From the NCBI RefSeq assembly GCF_001194135.2, contig NC_068992.1, positions 61,453,182 through 61,502,306 of the forward strand: a stretch of DNA of 49,125 nt, read 5' to 3'. Within the stretch, counting starts at the first letter, position 1. The number at the start of each line of letters is the position of its first letter. The DNA comes from Octopus bimaculoides (lineage: Eukaryota). A program made the position numbers and the translations under genes. Positions 13,601 to 22,887 of the stretch are shown here, piece by piece. Under the pieces are notes generated by a model. It was not told the DNA's origin. It saw only the letters and a list, made by a program, of their open reading frames with translations, and ran no database searches.

Positions 13601-15405
13601 ATAACATCTCGTATGGAGTGCTGTGTTTAAAAAACTCACTATGTATTGGAGGGAGGTAAAAATCATGCCAACAGCAGAAGCACTTTGGCCTCATTAAGCC
13701 TTGTCAATGACATGTTCTCACTGCCAAAAACATTCCTAGACAAGATGTGTCACCTTTAGTATATAAGAACAGTGTATTTGCTTATATATTATAAGTAATG
13801 TATTCGCAGTCATTTTACCAGCTGAGTGAACATGTATATTATTGAGATAAGTAGCAGAGTTAAGGACATATTTCTTAGGGTTGATATGATCAACAAAAGA
13901 CCTTGACAAAAGATTGAGAATTGCAAAAAAGCAAAATAAAAGAAACTCAAAGAAAAAAAAAAATGCAATAATTAGAAAATCAATGAATTATAAGAGTCTT
14001 ATTTAATATAAACAGATTTATTTTACATCCATTATTTTTACCTTGGAAACATCATGTTTTACCTTTTAGTTTTTAGACAAATTGTTTTTATGGCTGAATG
14101 TTGTTGTTTTTTTCTACCACTAACAACTTATCTCTGAAGTAGGAAAATAAACCAAGGCAGAGAGCTGTCTGCCACCCTGGAGAGAACACTATAGCTGTTG
14201 TAAGATTTGAACTCACTATTTATATATAAATATACGTGTGTGTGTATAAATGTGTGTATGTAAATATTTATGTGTCTGTGTGTGACTATATGTACATAGA
14301 TACATGTTTGTATGTATTTAGTAAACTTACCACCCAAAAGAGACTAAATTATTCAAAGAATTTAATGCCTTTAGTCTGTTTATATGGTGTCTGGAGGAAG
14401 CATGTAGTGCTGTGCCCCTAACCTTTTTAAGACACCTTTAGGGTCCTTGAGTTTGGTGATGTTCAATTTCATTAAACTAGTTGGAAGGGAGACCATTGCA
14501 AGAAGAATGTTTCAGAGAGACCTGGGGCATGAATTAGCCACTGTCTATTTAGTAAAGGGTTTGATGATTAAATCAATGATAGATATAAGAAGGACAGAGA
14601 GAGGTGAGCACACATAGTTGGTATTGCTTCAAGTTTAGAAGAGCAGAAGCTGTGGCAGAAAGAGACCAGAGCGCAACAGAAGGAGGTCATTTCAGGAAGT
14701 TTGAAGACAAATAGTTTTAACTTAACTTAAAAGTGAAGCCATTATATGTATGCATGCAGGGATGCAGAGATAACAAACTAGTTAATAAGTAAATATTTTG
14801 GAAAATATATAAAAATTCAAATCCAAAATAATAATTTTATCAGTAAATATTGCTGAAAATAACAAATAATTTCGTTGTTAGTGGATAAGCCATAAGAATA
14901 TATTTTATGAAAGTTTCTGGAGAGAGAGTACAAAAAAAAAAAAAAATTAAGAATTTAAAAAAAAAAATAACATTATTGTTTGGTATTTTTCTTTATGTGT
15001 TCTTTGGAAATGAAAATAATGCAATGCATTTTTGTAAAAAACACAGAATTAAAACAAAATTAATATACACTAATAATCTTATTGCAACACAATAAAATGG
15101 CCCTTACACATTATTATTGTTAACAGAAACAGTAAAACATTGAAGCACCATGCAGTGGAAAATATACATATATATAAGTGTGTGTGTATATATATATATA
15201 TATATAGTTATATATGTATCACTTCTACGACTGAAGAAATTTTTCTTTTATATAGGATGTCAACGAGAAGTTAGTAGATAGTTCGTCATTGCTTTACCGT
15301 TACTGATGCAGCTGTTGTTGAATGCAATGGTCTTTGAAGAAGCTGTAGTGTTTGTTTCCTTCTGCATGATAAAGCTGAATGAACTTGCCACAGGTTAAAG
15401 AGTCC

Positions 15406-18400
15406 TTAACCGAATAGTAACTTAACAACGATTGTGAGTATATTTAAGCCAATCAGTGGAACTGAAAAAGAAAAGTAAGAATATAAAACCATTGATGATA
15501 AACTGAAAAATAAATTTTTGAGAAAAAAAATCTGTTCTGTAACAGAAAACAGTTTAAAAGTAATTTTAATTTCAATATTTCCTTTCAAAATGCTTTAATT
15601 TCAAATTTGGAGAGGGAAAAAAATAAATAAATAAAACAGCCAAATGCATTTTTAGCAGGCATGGCTCTATGATCGTGGTGGTGGTTGGTTAAGAAGCTCA
15701 CTTAGCAACAGTATGGTTTTGGGTTCAGTCCCATTGCACAGTATCTGAGGCAAGTGTGTTCAACTATAGACCTGGACCAAACAATGACTTATGAGTGCAT
15801 TTGTTAGACGGATACTGTGTGGAAACCCTAATGTGCACGTGTGTGTGTGTGTGTCTGTGTCTGTGTGTGTGTGTGTGTATGTGTGCATGAGAGTTTGTAT
15901 ACTTGTGTGTCTTTTTGTTTGTCCATCATCACCATTTGATAACCAGTTTTGGTTTGTTTATTTCCCTGTAACTTAGAGGTAGAGTAAGTACCAGATTTTA
16001 AAGAATTAAAAATAACGAGAGTAATTTTAATTCCAAGAATTTCTTTCATTCATCAACATTATAATTATAAATAGTTATAATAAAAATAATAATGGAGAAG
16101 AAAAACTGAAAGTAACACTTACTTTTCATCACTGTTCGTATTGCTCTCACAAGGTTAATTAGTTGCGCTTTTATGCCTGGTTGTTCACCGAAACCTCTTT
16201 GTTCTGCTGTACCCCAACCAACTGAAAGACGAAACAGCCAAGACAAAATGTTATCAATATCTTATGTGAGATAGCCTTGATAAAATACGATATCAGTAAA
16301 GAACTGTGGTAAAATCAATCAACTACACCTTCTTCTGCCAATGATGTTAGAAATGAAAAACATGTAATGACTAAGAAATCAGACAAAATATCGTGATATC
16401 TAGTTATCTCCCTTTACTCCTTACCATGTATAGCTTTACAGCTCAGCATCTAATGATATAATTTCAAGTTTCATTTAACTCTTGTTCAATTTGAATACTC
16501 TCTTATGTTATTAACAGTGAGATGTAAGGCAAAGGAGACTGGCATAGACAGTAAAGAGTTAAGCGATTCTATACATAGAATCTAATTTGGTGATATATAT
16601 ATATATATATAAATTCAGAAGAGTGGTACAACAAGGCACCAATATTAACTGGAAAATAGCAATCGATATAATTACGACGCTATTGTATAGCTTCACTGCG
16701 TGTATACTGGCAAAAATGCGTGTGTGCAACACACATGAAAAATTTGTCTTACCTGTAGGAAGAACATTCGAAAATGGACAACCCAGATTAAGGATAATGC
16801 AGGACCGGTTTCAGACTCTTCAAATACGTTTCACAACGTAAATCTGATCAGTCTTCATCAGCTGCATTGACCTAGACATTATTTCAAATGTTGCCACATC
16901 AATGCCAAGTATACTCGCCCGAACTTCCAGCCGTTAACAGAACTGAGAACAGTGAAGAAGTTATAAATGAAATATATTTCAATACAAATGTATTAATTTC
17001 CAGCAAAATAAAGCCCTATAAGGGTATATATATATATCTAAATAAATATATACATATATATTACAACAAAATTTTAAATAGAGTTATCCAAGGTTTCGCA
17101 CCCACAAAGCCAAAGACTTGTGGACAGCTTGTCAGACTCTATATAAATACAACATTTTAAAGTATCTTCGTCGCAGACGTGAGGAAACGCTCAGAACAAG
17201 AGGAATCCGAAAAAACGTTAATGAGAACGGGTTATTCCCCCTTAATCAGAAGAAGGAAAATAACTTTTATAGACTCGGAGAGGCCTAACGTGCAAACGTA
17301 AGTAACGCTTGAAGTGGGTACATTTAGAAAACACTTCTTTACGTCTGTTTAATGCGCCAGGTTTCTTATATAGTCCTTAAGACTTTTGGTTCTGATCGCG
17401 ATGCAGATCTTGCAACAGCCACTTCCATTAGTATATAATTTAATCTCTCCGTTTGTCGTTAGGCCTCTCCGAGTCTCCAGAAAATTTTGTTGTAATAATT
17501 ACTACTCTATTTTTTAGAGTGTGCTTCTTTCTGATATATGCTTTTTTTTATTAACTATATATATAGAGATAGATTATATATATATCGTTGCCAGTGCCGC
17601 TGAACTGGCACCCGTGCAGGTGGCACGTAAAAGACACCATTTTGAGCGTGGCCGTTGCCAGTACCGTCTGACTGGCCTTCGTGCCGGTGGCACGTAAAAG
17701 CACCCACTACACTCTCGGAGTGGTTGGCGTTAGGAAAGGCATCCAGCTGTAGAAACTCTGCCAAATCAGATTGGAGCCTGGTGTAACCACCTGGTTCACC
17801 AGTCCTCAGCCAAATCGTCCAACCCATGCTAGCATGGAAAGCGGACGTTAAACGATGATGATGATATAATATATATATATATGTATATATATATAATAAT
17901 ATGTAGATTATATATATATATANNNNNNNNNNNNNNNNNNNNNNNNNNNNNNNNNNNNNNNNNNNNNNNNNNNNNNNNNNNNNNNNNNNNNNNNNNNNNN
18001 NNNNNNNNNNNNNNNNNNNNNNNNNNNNNNNNNNNNNNNNNNNNNNNNNNNNNNNNNNNNNNNNNNNNNNNNNATCATCGTTTAACGTCCGCTTTCCATG
18101 CTAGCATGAGTTGGACGATTTGGCTGAGGACTGGTGAAACCGGATGGCAACACCAGCCTCCAATCTGATTTGGCAGAGTTTCTACAGCTGGATGCCCTTC
18201 TTAACGCTAACCACTCAGAGAGTGTAGTGGGTGCTTTTACGTGTCACCCGCACGAAGGCCAGTCAGGCAGTACTGGCAACGGCCACGCTCAAAATGGTGT
18301 ATTTTATGTGCCACCTGCACAAGAGCCAGTCCAGGGGCACTGGCAATGATCTCGCTCGAAAATCCTATGAAGGCCAGTCAGGCAGTACTGGCAACGGCCA

Positions 18401-20210
18401 CGCTCAGATGGTGTATTTTATGTGCCACCCGCACAAGAGCCAGTCCAAATGCATATACATACAGTTACACTTTCTCCATGAGAGTAGATAATTTTTTTTT
18501 TCCACTACGTATTTGTAGCAGTTCAAATTTTACGATGATAGTACATACATTTTTCATTCCACAACGCATTTCATAAGTTTGTCCCAGTACAATGAACTCA
18601 TACTTTGAATGCTTAAAATTCTTAAAAAATGAAACTATTTTACAAATCATAATATTTATTTCTTATTTACTGTTCATACAACATTTTGATGAACATCTAT
18701 TCTAATTCAATATATATAATGAAAGAAAGATGCCCTTTCTTTCATTATATATATAAATACATATGCACACAACATAACTTTGGTTTGAAGCTATAATAGG
18801 AGACACTTTACCAAGGTGCCATGCAGTGAGACTGAACCTGAAATCTTGTGGTCACCAAGCAAACCTCTTAACCACACGGTCATGCCATAGATGAAAATAT
18901 TAAATGTGTTTGTCTCTAGATATGATAATATTCCACTCCTACTTGGCTTTCAATACCAAAAGCAAAATGGCAAAGTACCAAGTATAAAGCATAGTCTTGC
19001 ATTTGTTCCAAACCTCTGCATCTTGAGTTCTAATTCCCCTTGAGATCAACTTAGCTTTTCAACTTCTTGCAGTTATAAAATATCAGTCAAAAATGATAGA
19101 TTGACAGAGTTGTGAGACCATCAGATGAAATTTTTTGCAGTGTCTATTCCAGCTCTTTGCACATTTTGTTGCCTAGTTTAATACCATCAGTTGATTCTTA
19201 GCTACTTTCAGCAGAGTTTACTCTGTTGCCAACATTCAATTCTGGTTTCCAATTTAAAGACACCTTCCTCCTACTAGCCTCTAGAAAAGATAAAGTGTCT
19301 TACTACATGCATTTTGACAATCAATGTCGCACCTAAGGCCAGAAGTTGTTGTTTACATATCAGCAGTGTAGTTGGGAGTGGGGCAAGGGGTCAGTCAGCC
19401 CCAGGCAACACTTTAATGTGAGCAGTGCTTTTGGGTCTGCTGTATAAGACTGGGTAGGAGCTGGGAGTGCACAGAAAATGCAAGGGTTGCTCTGCTACGC
19501 CAGTTTTATACCCTGTACCTGACTACCATGATGTTTTCTAATTACTGTTAACCAATTAGAGTACACTAGGGTAGCACAATGAGATGGCTTGTGTTGGCAC
19601 TGACATTAATCTTTAGTTCAGCATGCATCCATTCAAAACTGATAATTGATAGACTTGTGTAAATTTAAATGAGCAAACAACCAAATTAGCTGAGAATAAG
19701 GACAACAAGCTGTTTCTAAAGCGGTCAGCTTTAGATGGGGACCATTTTGCTTCAATAAGAGGCAAAAGCTTTGTATATGTGAATTTGAAGAAACAATTTA
19801 GATAAAAAATATGAGCAGCAACAGGAATTTTGTTCAGGTTCTTTACATTCAGAAATAGAATCCTGCCAATGATAACTTTCTTTCATCCAGGGTTGATAAA
19901 ATCGTCGGAATTGGCGGAATAGTTAGAGTTCTGGACAAGATATTGGTAGTATCTGTTTTGGTTGTGTGCACAGACAGGTGTGAAAAACTTGTCTGTGTCA
20001 TGCCGACAAGATGGTGCCTGGAGCACGCACACACACACAGAGGAAAGCAACAGGAAAGCGTTTTTGCATACTTCAATCGAGAAAATTATCGGGTATCGTT
20101 CGTTGATCAGAAGGCTCAGGAAGAAGAAATTGTTTTTAAATACCGAAGCTGTGGTTTTAGTTTCTTGTCAGCCAATACACACACACATACATACATACAT
20201 NNNNNNNNNN

Positions 20211-20247
<37 letters not shown>

Positions 20248-20962
20248 ACGTCACAACATGACTATTTTATATAAGGGAATTTAGAATTTCACGTGTTTGT
20301 GTGTCTGCAAATGTATAAATCTAATAACTTTCTAGCACTACATAAAAGTTGAGATTATTGCTAATGCTATCGGAAAAAGGCATACACTGCTATGCCACCT
20401 TTTAAACTATACAAATGTACGTATGTAAGCAATTATTATAAATTCAATTCTCTTCATGTACATACATATCCAAGTTGATAATTTTTACAGGTACTGGTCT
20501 AAATGAATGTGAAACATTTCGACAGACAAGTCAAAAATATATCGACATCAAATATTTTTATAGTTTAATGGAATTCACCCTGGAAAAGCATATAGATATT
20601 TACGTGTAAACGTTATTGATGCATTAAGCTTTCCGAGAGTGGTTCCAAGATATGGTTTCGATTACTGGTTAAATCTATTTACGCTGTTGATAACGTTGAG
20701 GAATACATAAACAACACAGCATCTCTTTTCTTCTTCCTTATTTCGTCCAAGGGCCAAACAAACTAGATACTTGCTCGCACATTCCTCAGAGATAAATGAG
20801 AGACAATAAACAATAAATTTATGGGCTAAATTAAAATCGGTTAAGATAGAGAGATATCATATAAAACTTACTTTTGGAAAGAAATCTTTCCTCATGGAGG
20901 ATACAGATCGCATTAAGACAAAGTAACGTGGCTTCTAAAAGAGAATATAAAGTAAAAGCCAT
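15406..20962 (-). CDS. IER3IP1: Immediate early response 3-interacting protein 1 (Yos1 homologue, small ER membrane protein); 3 coding exons, 81 aa
   Basis: Minus-strand exons 20962-20872 (91 nt), 16221-16123 (99 nt) and 15461-15406 (56 nt), with GTAAG donors, CAG acceptors and two phase-1 introns. Translation: MAFTLYSLLEATLLCLNAICILHEERFLSKIGWGTAEQRGFGEQPGIKAQLINLVRAIRTVMKIPLIGLNILTIVVKLLFG*, which matches the IER3IP1 family along its whole length. Confidence 0.96.
16590..17070 (-). mobile_element. Probable Penelope-like pseudo-LTR / retrozyme remnant carrying the hammerhead
   Basis: CpG-richer block bounded by TA-rich microsatellites, containing the minimal hammerhead and a strong downstream CAG|GTAAG donor. 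No RT or GIY-YIG coding remnant was recognised; boundaries are approximate. Confidence 0.45.
16796..16868 (-). ncRNA. Minimal type I hammerhead ribozyme motif (Penelope/retrozyme type)
   Basis: The minus strand reads AAUGCAG-CUGAUGA-AGACU-(extended stem/loop II)-AGUCU-GAAA-CCG-GUC-CUGCAUU. Helix I is 7 bp and helix II has a 5-bp base, both perfectly complementary. The CUGAUGA/GAAA/GUC core is intact, and helix III is the palindrome ACCGGU. Predicted cleavage is between 16803 and 16802. Confidence 0.8.
17586..17865 (+). mobile_element. Repeat family A (RTE 3'-UTR-like SINE or truncated LINE) with (GAT)n tail
   Basis: Core GGTTGGCGTTAGGAA(A/G)GGCATCCAGCTGTAGAAACTCTGCCAAATCAGATTGGAGCC...GCATGGAAAGCGGACGTTAAACGATGATG, shared by several copies in the window. 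Confidence 0.85.
18074..18447 (-). mobile_element. Repeat family A copy with an internal direct duplication of about 78 bp
   Basis: Reverse complement of 17586-17865. The segment AAGGCCAGTCAGGCAGTACTGGCAACGG...GAGCCAGTCCA occurs at about 18256 and again at about 18370. Confidence 0.85.
18710..18754. repeat. Perfect hairpin (20-bp arms, 5-nt loop)
   Basis: ATATATATAATGAAAGAAAG-ATGCC-CTTTCTTTCATTATATATAT. Confidence 0.9.
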
Positions 20963-21300
20963 GTTGGCAACGGAAGTGGAAAACACTATGGCAAATATGA
21001 TATAGTTTTCTGATTAAAAATATTCCACCCAATTTTATATAAATATAAGTTATATTTTGATAAATTCCATGAGATATAAATTTAATTCAAAACCATTAAA
21101 TTAGTTACATAGAAATCGTGAGGAATAGTAATAATGAAACAGTAATGATTTGCAGTATTGTTCAAATAATTGTTTATGATGCAGAATATTTTGAAAGGAT
21201 AGCTCTTTTTGTATCGACACCGTCTTAAAGAACAACAACATGATAAACATCTTCTTGATTACTTACCTATGTTTATGAAATAATTGTAATAACATTCAAT
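20958..21300. promoter_or_regulatory. Bidirectional promoter region shared by IER3IP1 (-) and TTI2 (+)
   Basis: Divergent start codons at 20962 and 21301. ETS-type CGGAAGTG at 20971-20978 and YY1-type GCCATGTT at 20958-20965, overlapping the IER3IP1 ATG. Confidence 0.7.
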
Positions 21301-22887
21301 ATGACTGATAAATTGATTTCAGATTTATGGGAAGATATCGTACGTTCAAGTGTGTCTAATATAGACAGTAGCTGTAACCTACAAAGTATAGTTGATCATA
21401 TACAACAATCACATTCATTTACCGATGTAATTCATCAAATTTCAAACGAGCTTAAGTCATGCACTTGCCGCCCATTGTGTAAGTTAAACCTCTTTGTTGT
21501 ATTTATTCAGTTATGTCCCGAAATATTTTTTGAATGTAATCACCAAGAAGAAATGCCAGCAAGTTCCACAAAAAATACATTTTCTGAAGACAACGATGTG
21601 AAATTCCTACAAAAGATTGTTATGCATGCGTATGTTGAAGAATTTAGAGACCGCGAGATTTACGAATACACTGCAGATGATTTCCCTAATGCCGTTACGA
21701 GAGCAAATTTGGTGTTTAAATCATTCACTCTTCTTCTTCAAAATCAAAACGCTTCCAAACGGATTTTCTGTAGAAACGAATCTCTTGACTTAGTTGCTTT
21801 GTTGTGCAGTTTAGCAGCTTCTCACGCCGAACCTGGTCCGTGGACGAGCGAAACTACTGTTGTTGCAGCGAACAATATTATCAATGCCTTTGCAAAATTC
21901 TACTCTTGTCGAAATTCTCAGGAACTTCTCCTTTTAGCCAATGAACATGGCTTTACAAACCCCGAAGATTCATGGCACTCGAAGTCAATTTTCCGCAAAA
22001 TATTAAATTTAAACCAATCTCGCCTGCGTAAGGAAAACTGGAATAAAAATCCCTTTGCAAAAGCTGCTTTCTGTTGGTGTTTGGGGAACGTAAAACACCC
22101 ACATCTCAGTTTTTATTTAGACCATGTTTTGACTCCAGTGCTTTTGTTTGTTGATGACTTTATAAGTGAACATAAACTGACTGGTATAAAATACTTGAAT
22201 TACATCATTGATAATGTAAGCAAAGAAGAACTACGATGGTACAACAGAGATGCTGTCATCTTTGATGCTTTAAAGCATCAGCTGTTCACTCAGGAAGAAA
22301 GTGTATTGGAAACTACATTGTCTTCTCTGCTCTCTATTCTTTCGATTCTAGAAAAACCTCCTTCCAAACTAGAAAATATAAGCTATAACCGTTATGATGA
22401 AATATTTACCTCAGTCCTGTACAACGCACAAATAGAAAACCAGCTATCATTTCGGCGTGTGTATACTAGTTATATTCCTAAATTCATTCACCTTATGGGA
22501 ATGACTGTTGTTCGACACACGAAACAATTCCTGCAACTTGTAGAATCTTATTTAGAAATTTATGATGGGCCACACGAAGTTGCTCGGTTAAATGTACTTG
22601 CTAGTCTCAAAAGTTTCATTAAAGTTTCATGGCCAAGAATACAACACCATAATGATAAATTGGTAAAAATACTACTCAGGCTTGTCTATGATGTGGCTGT
22701 TGAGGACGTTTATGTAATTCCTAATGATGTGAAAGAGAAAGTAATCAGTGAAGTTGTAGAGATTTTAGGTATTTTAAGAATGCTGAATAAAGAACGAGTG
22801 GAGAATCTTTTGCATGCTGTCAGCGGAAAATTGAATATTCCTGCATTTCAAGAGGCTGTGGAATCTGTCTTGAATATTTGTATTTGA
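21301..22887 (+). CDS. TTI2: TELO2-interacting protein 2 (TTT complex subunit); single coding exon, 528 aa
   Basis: Uninterrupted 528-aa ORF. The C-terminal half matches the TTI2 pattern: WNKNPFAKAAFCWCL...V.HPHLS..LDHVL...LL..DDF..EHKLTGI..L..II.NV..EELRWYNR..VIFDAL; also RRVY...P.FI..MG...VRH and YLEIYDGPHEVARL..L..LK.FI..SWPRI. Confidence 0.92.
   Translation: MTDKLISDLWEDIVRSSVSNIDSSCNLQSIVDHIQQSHSFTDVIHQISNELKSCTCRPLCKLNLFVVFIQLCPEIFFECNHQEEMPASSTKNTFSEDNDVKFLQKIVMHAYVEEFRDREIYEYTADDFPNAVTRANLVFKSFTLLLQNQNASKRIFCRNESLDLVALLCSLAASHAEPGPWTSETTVVAANNIINAFAKFYSCRNSQELLLLANEHGFTNPEDSWHSKSIFRKILNLNQSRLRKENWNKNPFAKAAFCWCLGNVKHPHLSFYLDHVLTPVLLFVDDFISEHKLTGIKYLNYIIDNVSKEELRWYNRDAVIFDALKHQLFTQEESVLETTLSSLLSILSILEKPPSKLENISYNRYDEIFTSVLYNAQIENQLSFRRVYTSYIPKFIHLMGMTVVRHTKQFLQLVESYLEIYDGPHEVARLNVLASLKSFIKVSWPRIQHHNDKLVKILLRLVYDVAVEDVYVIPNDVKEKVISEVVEILGILRMLNKERVENLLHAVSGKLNIPAFQEAVESVLNICI

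Noticed and set aside
9868-15406. Functional link between convergent perilipin and IER3IP1 (lipid droplet and ER)
   Set aside because: The 5.5-kb gap is repeat-filled and nothing indicates overlapping 3' UTRs; adjacency alone is not evidence.
17555-18576. Recurrent 'homologous' ORFs (LQSDLAEFLQLDA...; also 38303-38696)
   Set aside because: Translations of non-coding repeat family A copies, not a gene family.
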